64,000 nucleotides of DNA from Octopus vulgaris (taxonomy: Eukaryota). Positions 41,686 to 56,210 of this stretch are shown piece after piece (within the stretch, counting starts at the first letter, position 1; every line of letters begins with the position of its first letter). The stretch lies in the NCBI GenBank assembly GCA_951406725.2, contig OX597822.1, positions 117,924,001 through 117,988,000 on the forward strand, read 5' to 3'. Under the pieces are notes generated by a model. The model was given only the letters and a program-made list of their open reading frames with translations. It searched no databases and was not told the origin of the DNA. Both the position numbers and the translations under genes were made by a program.

Positions 41686-41860
41686 CTGTGTGTTTGTACT
41701 TCCACCACTTGATAACCGGTTTCGACTTGTTTACGTGTCTATAAAATAAGTACCTGGGTTTAAAGAAATAAGTACTGAAATCAATTTCATTGACTAAAAC
41801 CTTCGAGGCAATGCCCCAGCATGGCCGCAGTCTAATGACTGAAACAAGTAAAAGAATAAA
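41686..41860 (+). mobile_element. SINE family A 3' half
   Basis: ccagcatggccgcagtctaatgactgaaacaagtaaaagaa. Confidence 0.8.
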
Positions 41861-42984
41861 AATTAAAATTTGAAAAATCTTTGTTTAGAAAATATATTCC
41901 AGACACAATTGCTATAATTTTGTTTAAGCCTTGTAATCAAATTAAATGATTAATTTCCTATTTAGAATTACTGTTCAGATAATTAATTACTGATTTCTCG
42001 TAAAACAAAATATAAATAATCTCGTATAATAAATACACCTGGTTATTTAGTTCAAAGAGCGGGACCTGGTTAGAACAAAAAACATAAGAAAGTATCGAAT
42101 TCATTATCTTTAATCATACAGCATTAACTTGGTTCTAATTGAACCATTTCCATCTTCCAGTGATGTCGTTTGCAGATCTGATTAGCGTTAATTCATTCGT
42201 TAGTAACCGCTTTCAATTTCCGACTAAATAACACGTTTCCCATTGAAACAGCAGGGATCAGCATATTCACGTTTGAATCTGCCAAAGCGTTTTAGGAATG
42301 AATAGTTACCTTACCGTTTGGTTCCTCGCTGTTCTGTTTGCACCTCATGAATTACTATTTCTTTGCCAGACGCCAACATGCATTAGCAAATAATGTACTT
42401 GTTGATGTTTTATAGACAAGAGCTTCTACTGTTGTCATTGGCATCGGTCTGGTAAGGTAGCTTTGACCGAGGAGACACGAAATACGGTTGAAACATTGCT
42501 GTATCTCAAAGTCTTCTTACAGTGTGGAGTCGAGAGTCTTATGAACATATCGTCTAAAGTGACCAGATGTTACCGGATAAAGAAAAACAACAGCAAACGC
42601 CATATTGAGAAGGAACAGGTTTGTTATTGTATGGATTATCAGTTAATTATTAGTACTTAATTAAAATCATCCACTAAATCTTATTATCTAGCATTGTGTA
42701 GTCACCATTTACTTATAATTAATCCAGAGTAGAGAACTACGTAGAGATAAGAGAGTGTCAGGTTCCCACATAATCAGGAAAGGTTTGTGTCCTGTCATTA
42801 ATGCTTCAACTATAAGCTGCCATTATTCAACCAAAGCAGCCAACCATATTTGTTCTGCTTCCGCTTGAACATCCACTTCCAGTTTGCAAAAATCACATGA
42901 TATGTTTAATGATGAATAAAATCCGAGAAATGTAAACCATTCCTCACTTAGGTAAACGCTAAACGTTCAACCAAAAGAAATATG

Positions 42985-43071
<87 letters not shown>

Positions 43072-43075
<4 letters not shown>

Positions 43076-43281
43076 TGTTTGTGTGTCTGTGTTTGTCCCC
43101 CTAGCATTACTTGACAACCGATGCTGGTGTGTTTACGTCCCCGTCGCTTAGCGGTTCGGCAAAAGAGACCGATAGAATAAGTACTGGGCTTACAAAGTCT
43201 CGGGGTCGATTTGCTCGACTAAAGGCGGTGCTCCAGCATGGCCGCAGTCAAATGACTGAAACAAGTAAAAGAGTAAAAGAG
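43072..43281 (+). mobile_element. SINE family A 3' half
   Basis: tgtctgtgtttgtcccc..cggttcggcaaaagagaccgatagaataagtac..gactgaaacaagtaaaagag. Confidence 0.9.
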
Positions 43282-43283
43282 TA

Positions 43284-43342
<59 letters not shown>

Positions 43343-43832
43343 AAATAAGCAACAAGGATGTAATGATTGCATTGTTCAATTAAATGGAGTTCCATGACAC
43401 GATCGTACTGCATTATCTCTTGATATTCTTGTTGCTTATTTTGATTTTAATCACCTTACTTTGAAATTGTATGGATAATACCATACCAAATTCTGGTGCC
43501 TCAACTTAAGTACCATAATCATCTGAATGTGTATGTATATATATATATATATATATAACAAATTTCTTTTGGTTGAACGTTTAGCGTTTACCTTATATAT
43601 ATATAATCAAACAATCCAATGGTTACTCGCATCTAACGTTAAGGCTTCACAATGCCAAGGTTGGATAACTCCTGACCTGCGTGCGAAATATATCACCGAG
43701 TGCTGAGTGCTACCAATTATATACCAGGTGTGAGATTACGTAGTGCATCATAACATTGTTTCTTATTTACCTTTTATCCTTTTATTTGTTTCGGTCACTG
43801 GACTGCATCCAAGCTGGACAAACACGCGCACG

Positions 43833-43891
<59 letters not shown>

Positions 43892-43924
43892 ACACGCACC
43901 TTGTGCTTCCAGTAGAAAGGATTA

Positions 43925-43990
43925 ATTATTAGTCATATCTTTATCGCGCGCTTTCACTGCACTACTGAGTACAGCTCTCTGTGCTTTGTT
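43925..43990 (-). mobile_element. Remnant of the R4/Dong 3' UTR seen at 23878
   Basis: gcgctttcactgcactactgagtacagctctctgtgc matches gtgctttcacttcactaccgagcgcagctctgtgtgc. Confidence 0.6.
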
Positions 43991-44299
43991 TTGGCGTTGT
44001 AATTTTTCACTGTATTGAAAGGAGATTGGGTATCTTATCACTAATGTTAGCTATCTGGGTTTTTTTTAAAAATACTATAGGCGTGTTATTAAAACTTGCT
44101 AGTCTACACCTCCAATGTGTGAACCTTTTAGGTGCTCGTAACTATATTGTGTACATTAATCTCTCAGTGGATGGAGTACTCTTTTGTTGACCTTACTCTA
44201 ACGGAAAAGTAAACTATATATAGATGTGTGTGTATATAAGCTAGAATAGAGATAGGCCGACAGACGGGCACACAGGCAGACAACAGACGGATAGGCAGT

Positions 44300-44379
<80 letters not shown>

Positions 44380-44410
44380 GAGACAGATAGATAGATAGAT
44401 AGATAGATAT

Positions 44411-44479
<69 letters not shown>

Positions 44480-44907
44480 GAGAGAGATGAGTTATATATT
44501 TGTATGAGGTTCGTTTTTTTTTCTTTAAATATACGATTTTATTTCGTAATATACATCTGTTTCAACGCACGTTTTCATTTGAAGAATTTTGCAAACTATT
44601 ACAAATCGAAATGAAATTAAAACGTCTTTGTTTCTTTAGCCCCATTACTAAGATTCCAAAATATTTCGCGATTGAAATAAATGAGCCTATACAATTATAT
44701 GCGTTATTATTTACGCTTGCTAGAATACACTCTAAAAAGCGGACAGTTTCCAAATATTACGGCAATTTTGAAGAAAACCATATTAGATGTTTACAGTTGT
44801 TAAACAGAGAAAGCACAGCTAATATTTTCAACAATATCAACATTGGAAGGTAAATAAAAAAACACAATACCTGTTTGAATGGCTATTAAGTATAATATTA
44901 AATATCA

Positions 44908-45000
44908 AATATGGCGGTGTTTGTTAAACATTCCATATATATGATGCTGGACGTACAAAGAGTTGCAGTTGACGTAACCAATCACGTGATTAGCATATAA
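44908..45000. promoter_or_regulatory. Dense transcription-factor motif cluster (candidate promoter/enhancer)
   Basis: AATATGGCGG (YY1-like), TGACGTAA (CRE/ATF-like), CCAAT, palindrome AATCACGTGATT (E-box), ATTAGCAT (octamer-like). Confidence 0.3.
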
Positions 45001-45421
45001 CATCTCACAAGAAACTAAATGCAATTATTTAGCTGTCGACAGAAATTTAGAGAAATATTTCTTGAAATAAAAAGTTTACGAAATAAACTATATTTAAACG
45101 TCTTTTTTTTTTATCGTATGATATTAATGAGTTAGGAAAGAGGAATGATTCTAAAAAGAAGAAATTTATAACGTGTATGCAGATTTAAACTTCAATATGC
45201 TAATCTTTGTTGCTGTTCTCTTTCGCCGTTCTCCGTTCAGACGATGTTTCTTTGATAATACGCATTATTCAGTGACGAAGGGGACACGTTCACAATAGCC
45301 TATCATCGACCTGACAGGCATCAGCGCAGAGCAGCAAATAATTTGCTGAATTTAGTATAAACTATGAGGACAGATTTGGCTGCGGGCTACAACTATGTCG
45401 AAATACCAGCGTCTGAATGTA

Positions 45422-45597
45422 CCTATTTCTTTACTACCCACAAGGAGCTAAACACAGAGAGGACAAACAAAGACAGACAAACGGATTAAGTCGATTATAT
45501 TGACCCCAGTGCGTAACTGGTACTTAATTTATCGACCCCGAAAGGATGAAAGACAAAGTCGACCTCGGCGGAATTTGAACTCAGAGCGTAACGGCAA
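45422..45597 (-). mobile_element. SINE family B, 5'-truncated
   Basis: Near-identical to 20364-20540. Confidence 0.9.
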
Positions 45598-45774
45598 TGA
45601 TGTGTTGCTCAACACGCATAATCTGAAAGGAAAAGTTTCTCCGCCAAAGCGAAACATATTAAGAGCTCCAATACCAGTAATTGTTCTTATCGCCCTGTTT
45701 TATTTGCTCATAATTCATATGCAAATCTTGAAATGTTATTCTTGCAATTATGATTTTCTAGAAATGTGTTTGGA

Positions 45775-46130
45775 AGCAGATGCTATGACACAATGGATTG
45801 GTAAGAGTTCGCCTCAGAATCACGAAATCCGGATTCGATTTCACTTCGTAGCCTCTTGGAGAAAGTGTCTTTTGCTATAACCTCGGATTGACTCAAACCA
45901 TGTAATTGTAGTTGGTTAAACGTAAGCTGTACAAATTCCCATCAAGTTGATTGTACGGGCAATACAAAGGCCCAGCCCTTTTACATTTCCACGTGTTACA
46001 CTGATTCCGTGTGAGAATTGCGTTAAGAATATACGTGTCTGTGGAATACTCAACCACTTACTTGTTAGTTTCAAGAGTAGCTAGATTAGGCAAATAATTG
46101 AATGTTCATGGTCGCAACCGATGGAGGATC
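45775..46130 (+). mobile_element. Diverged SINE: family A-like head followed by family D-like body
   Basis: Head ggattcgatttcac..gaaagtgtcttttgctataacctcgg; body aaaggcccagcc..gttaag..gtgtctgtggaatactcaaccactt matches the reverse complement of 46365-46525. Confidence 0.6.
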
Positions 46131-46362
46131 TGTTAGGATGTGTAGCAATATATTATGGTTTGAATGCATCAAATATTTGATAGTAAAAACAAAATGAGAG
46201 ACGGTGAAGCAGTCTCTTGATAAGAGACCGAAGATGAAGTGAACCTCATCCAGTACTGTTAGGAAAAGCAAGAAAAGTATCATGTATGCAGATAAATATC
46301 AAACCTCCCCAACCAGACATTCATATGTCACGTGTAGTACCAAAGCGTACATCAAGGACTAT

Positions 46363-46678
46363 TGTCACTCCGTTGGTTACGACGACGAGGGTTCCACTTG
46401 ATCCGATCTACATATCAGTCGGCAGCACGTGAAATTAACGTGCAAGTGGCTGAGCACTCAACATACACGAGCACCCTTAACGTAGTTCTCAGAGAGATTC
46501 AACGTGACAAGGCTGGCCCTTTGAAATACAGGTACTACTCATTTTTGCCAGCTGAGTAGACAGGAGCAACGTGAAATAAAACGTCTTGCTGAAGGACACA
46601 AAAGCACCGCTGAGCGTCGAACTCACTACCTTACGATCGAGAGCCGAATATACTAACCACTAAGCCACGCACCTTCAC
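46363..46678 (-). mobile_element. tRNA-derived SINE, family D
   Basis: Minus: gtgaaggtgcgTGGCTTAGTGGttag..gtGAGTTCGACGC..gtgtccttcagcaagacg..ctactcagctggcaaaaatgagta. Confidence 0.85.
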
Positions 46679-46789
46679 ATGTTAAGAATTAGGATGTAAA
46701 GTCCTCAAAGACTCCACAACTAATTGAGAGGACCATCGTTAAATTCGATGTACAACAAGAAGTAAGCTGTTCTATTAGCAATGATATAC

Positions 46790-47070
46790 AGTACACACTC
46801 TGTGTTCTATTATTAATAATCTGTAGGTACTCGTTTAAACTCTCGTATGTACTTTATGCTATAGTATTTCGTTTCTACAAGAGCCGGTCTAATCCTTGGT
46901 ATGTACACTATGCTCTTTTCCCGTAGTTCTACAAGTACTAGTCTAAGCTCTGGTATGTACTCTATGTTCTAATGCTACAGTTCTACAAATGGTATGTACT
47001 CTAAGTACCTTTACTACAGTTCCACAAATACTAGTCTTTATTACTACTATTTTACTACAACTATTCTAAT
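46790..47070. repeat. Degenerate 54-bp minisatellite
   Basis: gtatgtac.ctatg starts at 46845, 46899 and 46953, then 46992 after a shortened unit. Confidence 0.75.
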
Positions 47071-50000
47071 ATATGTGTAACCTAAAATTCTGTTCGTATT
47101 CTACTTACCGAAATTATTTTCGAAAACATATGTTGTTACAAGGAAACTGCATTCAATTGAGTCGATTTTATTAAATGACTGGTACAGATTTTATCAACCA
47201 CAGACAGATGGGAGACCGAATCAACCACGATGAGATGTGAACTGGGAACGCAAAGGAACGTAACTAAAATTATCACATATTTAGTCGCGATCATTTCCGT
47301 TAAGAATAATAATAAATTAGCCATTAATACAAAAACCAAATTTTAATAAATTTGAATTTTGTAATATTAACACGTGAGCCATTCTGTTATTCAATCTTTT
47401 GAAATATTTGTGTTTCTTCGCACACAATTAAAAGTCAATTATTTAATGGTAAATTTTAACGGAGAATGGAGTTGGATTCATCGTTATATCTCATCTCTCT
47501 CTCTCTCTGTGCTGGAATATTATTGTAATCGAAGGTGTCACATTAATGCTATTTTATTCTTAGATTTCACATTTTACGGACATTTGTTCCAGTTTTTTTT
47601 TAGTTTTAGAGTTCTTGGGTGGTAAATTTAATCAACTGCCCGGTTTAACACTGCCTTTTACTCTTAGCCAACTTTAGCAGTGCGAACAATGCGGTCAGGT
47701 CTACCATTTTAGAATATCCCCCTTTCTTCCTACCGACGTCGGTGGACCTCAAAAGATAGGAGTTCGTGGGAGCTGCTCCTCCTTTTCTCCCAAAGAGGTA
47801 AAACACACACGCACACACGCGTCCCCACTCGCCTACCACCGTTTACTATTTATTTATGTATCATTGAGTAGACATGGCACGAGATCGATCAGAATTTTGG
47901 GGGGGTTTGTGCAGCCCCTCCAGACCAAGTTTTACAAGTTCTTTTTTGTTTGTTTTCTAAGATATGTTCTACAAACGTAAAGAATCAGTAACCATTGCAG
48001 ATCCCTACATAAGCTTCAGAGAGAGCTGAATTATTTTCTAGTTGCTGGAGAAAGTTCCGTCTTTTTGCATGACGAGTAAAGAAATCATAATTGTGAATAT
48101 TAATTGTTAAAAAGGAAAATAACCTTATTATCTGTAAACTCTTAAAACAAATTCAAAGGGACAGAAATGAACGAGCAGAGACATTAACACTAAAACAAAC
48201 ATATTTAACATCACCGGGATGGGAGAAATGTATCGCTCTTCTTGGCGTTTATTTTTCAATGGAATATGTTTGTTGACATAAGTATATCGTTCAAACTTTA
48301 AATATTCTGAGCAGTCTCAGAACATTCTATGTGATTGTGAAGTTTGAAGACGAGTCAAATGTATTTCAATTGTGTTTCATGCACGACATATTTCTTGCCT
48401 TTCTATTTAAGCATGAATAATTTAAACAAATCTAATTAGCTACAGCAATGAACTCCGCAATTTATCTGAGTTGTTATATTTCATTTATTAGAGTAATTTT
48501 TTTTTCTGATGCTGCAACAATTCAAGCAACTCGTCTTAAACTTCAAATCTTATATTTATTCGGTTTTTTAAATAGCTTTTTTTCAGTTCAATAGCACAAC
48601 ATTCTGACACATACTGCAGTAGATTGAATTGGCAGTTACTCTCCCGAACTAGAAATCTATGGTCATATTCATATTTCAGAAATAATTATTAGGAGTAGAA
48701 GTATGGGGAAGTTGTGAAGTAGATGAAGGGAGAGGTGTAAAAGGTGAAAGGGGAGGAGGTGATGTAGTTTAATGATGAGCGTATAAAGTAAGTGATGCAG
48801 TAGAAGGAGAAATGTGATGAGATAAAGAAGGAGGGAAGTAAAAATATAAATTGCTGAAGAAATTATGAACGAGCAACGTTTGCCGCATAAACAGAGATTT
48901 TGCAGTAAATTTTTGTTAGGAATAATAATTTGTCAAAGATATTAACAACATTCTCTGTAGCATGATTACATTATACGATATTCTGTCTCTGAAACTAAAT
49001 AACTGGGTTCCGTCGAGAAATATAACTAAAAAAAAACAATGAATAAAACAAACTCATTGAGTTGTATGGAAATTTCAATCAGTTTAATTCTCTGAAGCAT
49101 TTGAGCAAAGATGGATCTGCTTCATCCATAAATTAACGAGGAAAGGAAATAACATGAAAGGCTTTGTACGTTTCTGTATATGTTAGCTAAATACCATATG
49201 AACTGGATTATCAAACTAAATTATTTCGTTGCTCGTGGGGAAAATAATTAATAAAAGAAATTTTGAAAGACAAATTTAAGGGTTCTTTACACACGTTCTA
49301 ATTAGCACATAACAGAAAATATAAAGATCTGAGAAAATAAACTTAGATAGTGGCTTTCAAACTGCATGTATAATAGGGAGATAAAAATATGTACTTCTAA
49401 ACTTGACCCTTGTCAAAGGATTCAAAGTCAATAATTCAAAAGAGATATGGATTCGGTAACATCAAACATTGCTATATCAATGGCAGATATTTCAACTATG
49501 AGTAAAAGAACTGAGAATCTTAAATAACTAAAATTTCAATGTGCCCCATAACTACATCGTTGGTACTCTATTATATACATAAAGAAGACAGATGACACTA
49601 AGTGATCTATTTACGTGGCGGTTCAATTCACTGGTGTAGGTCACCAAGGTATCACTATAACATTTACTGGCGATGCGTTGCTATATTGAATTTATTTTCC
49701 ATTGAAGTAATGTTAGGAATGTCTTATCCTTCCGAGGTCGTTAGCTTCACATCCGTTTCGCTATAAAGAAAACAAGAGAGAAGTTTGCCGAAGACATAGC
49801 CACAGGCAATTATGTTAACAGTAAATGTATTTTCTACAGTTTGTGTTGTTGAGGGATTATATGTGTACGTAAGTATGATTGCATGTATGTATGAGTGGAT
49901 AAATGTATGTATGTATAAAAGAGATAGGTCAGGTACGCCAGGTAGGTAGGTAGATAGATAGGTAGGTAGGTAGGTAGGTAGGTAGGTAGGTAGGTAGGTA

Positions 50001-51201
50001 GGTAGGTAGGTAGGTAGGTATGTAGGTAGGTAGATAAATAGATTGATAGATAGATAGATATTAGTCTGGGCATATGAGAAGTTGTACGTCTTTCCTGTTA
50101 ACTCAGTATGTTTCTATGAAAAGTGGCGTATATGAAATCCAGTAATGCGTTAAAATCAATCCCCAGTACGTTAGGACAGACTATATATTTATCCCCAGAC
50201 TTTGAACATACATCTAGGTCCGAAAATAGGCCTTGTTAGTTTGGCGCATTTAATTTCTTTGTCGTGAGGAAAAATTTATGTGATAGTAAACTTTTTTTAT
50301 TCTTGGACAAACTCCTACAATGAAGAGTTATAGCAAAGCATTTCAGCAGTGACTATTCGTTGCAAATTATTTAATATATTGAAAGAAACACGTAAATTTA
50401 GTCAAAAATTAAAGAAAATGCCTCAGTTATATCCACAATTGATTATTATAATTGAATGCTTGAAAATCATAAATTTCCAAGCTCTACTCTTAATTCTCAA
50501 GCTGGTTTGAACGGTTGATATAATCCTAAATATCTATCATACTCTTCAGTAGATGATTTCGTTCACCATTTACAAAAATCATTGTTATTTCATATCAGTT
50601 TTTCCACACAAGAACTTGAAACGATTCATTTTATATCGATCCAATTCTATCAAAGAACCCTCAAAATGGCTGTGCCTAATTTTAAAAGGGATAAACAAAA
50701 TAAAATAAAAGTTCCAATTTTTAATCAATTCCTCGCTTGCTTTCATCTCCCCGTTACACACTCTCCTCAATTCCGTTTATTCCTTTTAATCTTTTTCATG
50801 GTTATCCTGTTGTATTTTCTCCATTCCAAACGTTTTGGCCTATATTTTTTGCCACGTTTCTTGTACGCCTTTTGTTTAGTATGTTTACTTTAACTCTTTC
50901 TGATTCAATTTTTCTTTACTCCTTCTTTAAATTTTTCTCCCTCTCATAATGTGCTTTTCTCTCTTTCTTCCTGATTCTGTTTAGTCTTAAATGCCATGTC
51001 CAAACTAAACCTGGGTTTACAACTCATTTAAAACTGCAGTTTATGAAGCGATGCATGAAATATTATTCCTTTGAAGCTTAGATACGATAGAATAAGTACG
51101 ATTCCGTTTGAATAGCACAGAGGAAAATGTTATGGGTTTATAAAAAAAAATGATATTGAATACATTAACACAGATACCGTATTTCAAACTATTAAATATT
51201 T

Positions 51202-51403
51202 CAGTTCTATATTTAAGAGATGAGGAATTATGTATATTATTTACATTATTTACATTCGACAGATATTTGTCCTCTTCTTGTTTGTTGTTAACACAACGGT
51301 TCGGTTGATACACCCTCCAGCCTTCATCAGGTGCCTTGGGTAAATTTCGAACCTGGGTTCTCATTCCTAAGGTATTTTTCGATGTTATTATTATTATTAT
51401 TAA

Positions 51404-51465
<62 letters not shown>
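51202..51465 (-). mobile_element. Hammerhead-containing repeat, copy 4, with (AAT)n leader
   Basis: Core at 51290-51335, GAAA mutated to GAAC. Confidence 0.85.
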
Positions 51466-51467
<2 letters not shown>

Positions 51468-51991
51468 AACATACAAAATGAGAACAAATATCCATCGAAT
51501 GTATATAATGTATTAAATATTTTACGAAAAAAAAACGCGAGGGCTTTAATTTGATCGGTTAAAACACACACTGTCTTCTTGCAAAGGGCAATGCACTTTT
51601 GATAATATAGTTCTGGAGACACTTCGTCGAAAACAAGATGAATGGCCACGTGTAGAATCTCTGATATCAGGTCTGCTGAGCCTAAAGTGAACAGAGCAAT
51701 ATTGGATGATTTCAAAACATACTCAATGTCATCGAGTAAGAAACTGGGTGAAGAGTCTTTAGGTACCCCAAAGAAAATATGCGCTAAATTGGTCTTCAAT
51801 GGCTTATTCCATGCCACTTTGATTATCAACTACCTGTCTCGGATTGCTGTTGTATGTTACGAAGGTTTGCTAATATGAGAAGATTATAAGAAGTAATCTG
51901 GTAGGTTTAGTGTTAAATTTCCATGGCAGTCAACCAAGAATAGCATTTACGCTGGACTGTATCACTGTATCAATTCCTCATGTGCGTGTAT

Positions 51992-52028
<37 letters not shown>

Positions 52029-52053
52029 CATATATATATGTATATATATACAT

Positions 52054-52146
<93 letters not shown>

Positions 52147-52230
52147 GACTTATATGCATATATATATATGTGTGTGTGTATGCGTGTGCATGTATATTAT
52201 ATATATATATACACAGAGAGAAATAGATAC

Positions 52231-52265
<35 letters not shown>

Positions 52266-52467
52266 GTGAGAGAAAGAGGAGAGGAGCAGAAAAGGGTGGA
52301 GAGAGAGAGGAGAGAAAGGGTGAGAAGAGAGAGATTGAGAGAGTTATATAAATAAAACAGCGTGACTGGAAATAGCAGTCATAGGAATTTCTTAGAATGC
52401 AATTTGAAAACAGTAATTAATAAGCGTTACGCGTCCATAAGGGAAGAATGCACCGACATGCATATAT

Positions 52468-52565
<98 letters not shown>

Positions 52566-54699
52566 ACATATTTATATATATACATATATATATATATACA
52601 TATATATATATATGTATACATATATATATATACATATATGTATGCATGTTCATAGATATATAAACATATATATATATATATATATACACACATATGTATG
52701 CAAGTATATATATGCATCTGTATGTATATATATAGAGAGAGAGAAAGAGAGAGGGAGAGAGAGAAGGAGAGATAGGGGAAGAGAGCGATACATACATAAA
52801 TACATATCTATATACATATATCTACACACTCACATATATATTTGTATATATATATACAAATATATATTCAGATATACAGACATCCATATACATGCTTATA
52901 TGTGTATATACGCACGTGTGTGTGTGTGAACATGAATGGAACACTTTACTTCATTACTTTCATTTTCTGTTTAAGATCTTTTCAGAAAAACCTGTTGAAA
53001 TACTTTAATAAAAAGATAATCAATTCGTAAGAAAGGTTCAAAGCAGATAAATAGATGTAAATAAATAAATAAATAAATAAATGGAAAATGTGCAACATTT
53101 AAGGAGAAAATCGAGAAGAAATTTCTCAAAGGAATTCAAAAGAAATAATTTAAGAATAATGTAGCTAAACGAACTCATTATAATTTAAAATGGCATTCCA
53201 TTGATAAGGGGAGAAAATACCTACGAACGCCTGTGGTTTTGCGAAAAGTATGAATGTTTGGTACATTGTGGTACATTCCTTTCAAACCCTGACTCCTCAG
53301 AGGTAGATTTAATCCACTGAACAGTTTAACTATGGGTGCCGTTAGTGGGGTTTGTTTTGTGGCAAACATTCACCACAGTTTTCCGGTTTGACACTGCTTT
53401 CCTCCATCCCTACAACCCTCGGAAGCTGCCTTCTCTTCTCGGGGAAAATGTTTTTGAAAATTAGTTTCTACTGAGTAAAAAGCAATCTCATGCATCATTA
53501 TGGCAGGAGTCATTTGACTAAATATTTTTCTTAAGCCAGTACTTGAGTTAGTTAGACATTGACTAGCGAAATTAACGAACTACGTCATATCCCGTCTATA
53601 AGCTACGTCATATCCCGTCTATTTAGCTCCTATTACTGTTTTAATTTTCCTTCACTGCAATTTTCTTTTTTATCAAATAACCAAAAGGTATCGATTATAC
53701 TATTTAGAGTCAATAACAATCACAGGATTGTTCGATGAGCTCAATGGTGTTTTACTTCTTTTACCGATTTCAGTAATTGGACTTGTACCTTGAAAGTGAA
53801 TTTCGGAAGGTATAACTTACCCTACATTCAGCCAGTGTCTCACTTCCGTTCAAGTTTTTGAGTCGATATATCATCATACATAAATAACAATTGTTGTTGT
53901 TATTTAGCTCCAGATCAGCAATTATCAAAACTAACCAATGGACAAAGAGGAACCAGCTATGACCATTGTGCCTTGAAAATGTATATCGAATAATACTTTA
54001 TTTAATGTCTTACAATTTTAATGAAAGTAGGGTGTAATTTGAAGCCGATTCGGTTGTTATTTCTAGTAGGTCGGTCCACCAGGTACAGTTTTGTGCGTTT
54101 GTCTTCAAATACTATTGCTGCTGTTGCTTAGTGCTATTATTTAAGCTTAATGGAGCAAACCTATGATAAAAGCTCCCCAACCGTGACCACCTCGTTTTAC
54201 CCTAAATGCAGTGAATCAATGGTAACATTATCCAACGTGTACTTTTCTAAGATAGCTGAAAATGATTTGAGAAGGTATTTAATTGATATTTCTAGCAGGA
54301 TAAGTGACCATATAAAGGCTCTCTCGTTGGATCACATGTTAAAGGATGTTACGGATGCGTAAATTTAATGTTTTGACTTACCTCCACCTACTGAGAATCT
54401 CCAATTGCTCGCAGTTAAGCACTTTACGCCACGGAATGGTTGAATAATCATAAAAACGTATGAGAAAATATCTTGCTAATTTAATTTCCTCTTTACTATT
54501 GGAATTATGTTCCTTTTAGTAGAAGGAATTATATATTCCGTTATGGTTTATTGCAGAAAATGTTCGATATATTCATTCAATAAGTCGTAGAAGAGCGTAT
54601 CTGAGTATGAGTGTATTTCTGTACTTGTATTTATGTATGCGTCTGAAAGATGCGTGGTTTTATGTTGGCTAATACTTATAAGCCCTTATAGAGATCTTA

Positions 54700-55240
54700 C
54701 TGGTAATTTCTACCGTGAGAGAAAGGACGATGGCACCAGAAGCTCCAATATTCTACACGGTAGCGGATGGGGTGGAGGATATTTTTTACGTGAAACAGCT
54801 GCGCCAATTGAATTAGGGAAGCGGGGCCTAATGGATGGATAAGACCGCTGAGAGTGCACAAAAGACTTTCTCAAATAGAAACAAAACCACCCCACATCAT
54901 CAGTAACAGTGGCATGAGACCGTATATTGTACTACTCTACTCACTTTCATCAAAACAATTGATCCTAACTGAATTCAGTGTACCATATGAAAGCGGAATA
55001 GAGGAAGACAACATTTACATGACAGAAATATGGCATTTTCGCCATCAAACTTAGGAGAATCTAGTCTCCAAGCTTAAGTCCTCGCCATAGAGGTGTGGAG
55101 CGAGAGATTTTTGAGGAAAATCTGCCCACGATTTCATGAAACGACACAGTTTCTGGGAGGAAGAAAACTAAACTCTTAAAGTGATGCCAGAAGCAGCTGA
55201 GACGACTTCGAACAGGATCTGGTTAAAGAAGAATAAAAGT
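54700..55240 (+). mobile_element. HERO/NeSL-like RLE retrotransposon 3' fragment, degraded
   Basis: PPHII..MRP(Y)IVLLYS..KQLILTEFSVPYESGIEE, then frameshifted AIEV.ARGF-like; matches RPD-IELTVP-E-EVG-RG of RLE domains. Confidence 0.65.
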
Positions 55241-56099
55241 AAATTTTAGAGGGTATAATTTACCCGACATTCAGTAGGTGTCACAGTGGTTACAATATTC
55301 AAGGTATCTTAGCTCTGGAACACACTGACTCCCCTACCCACGAGTACAAACAGTAAGACAGAAAGCGAAAGTTGAGGGGAAACCCAGAGTCATGACGTCG
55401 ATGCCTCACGCCACGTTCAACCCTTACAGCGTAAGGGAATGGAGGATGCTTACCTCATGACCTGCTATTCAGTTCCCGATGGAGTTTCTTACGAACTACT
55501 GACGCAATGACAAGCATTATACTCAACATTGCAACCAGTCAAAATATATTCGTCATTTATTACACTTAGTGGCGCTAAGTTTCTTTATGAACCTTATCAG
55601 TAAATAGCAAGCGAATCGGTATAGATTCAGAGGAGATAGATGGTTCTTTCTGTTCCTTAGTAAAATAACATGATATGGTCATTTCAAGTTAATATGAAAT
55701 AACTATTTAGAAATGAATTGCCTAACTTTTAATGGTATCTATTTATTTCTCGATAACTTAGATTCTGAAAAATTAAAAGCGGTTTGTTTTGTGTTTGTAT
55801 TTTCTTTTTACTGTTAAACTGGCAGAAAAATACAATTTTTGAAATTCAGTTTTAAATAACATTTTCTTTTTCATCAACATTAACATTCACTTATATGACT
55901 ACAGCTCCATAAACGTTGGATTTTTTAGAAACTTGCTGACAGGAAATCCAATAGTGATATTAACGCTAATTAAGGCCTTAATCTTAAGCTGAATCGATTG
56001 ATTTTTAGCAGCTTTGGTTTCGCATTACAAAAGTGAATACACACGAATCGTCACACAAATATAATGACACATTTGCAATAGTTTTAATTTATATAAATG

Positions 56100-56210
56100 C
56101 ATTTGGCCTACTGGGTTAGGTGTAGGGCTTGTGAACTTTAAGTTATGGGTTCGATTCGTTTCACGTTACTCCAGTGCACGTATCTGCCAATTGGTACCAG
56201 TGATAGCTCC
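56100..56210 (+). mobile_element. SINE family D-like head, degraded
   Basis: tggcctactgggttagg..GGGTTCGATTC..tttcacgttactccagtgcac. Confidence 0.55.

Noticed and set aside
42521-42618. Plus-strand exon candidate (ttacag...GAACAG|gtttgt)
   Set aside because: Weak donor, unrecognisable peptide, no partner exons.
46790-47070. CRISPR-like periodic array
   Set aside because: The whole unit repeats with decay, there are no unique spacers or cas genes, and the context is eukaryotic.
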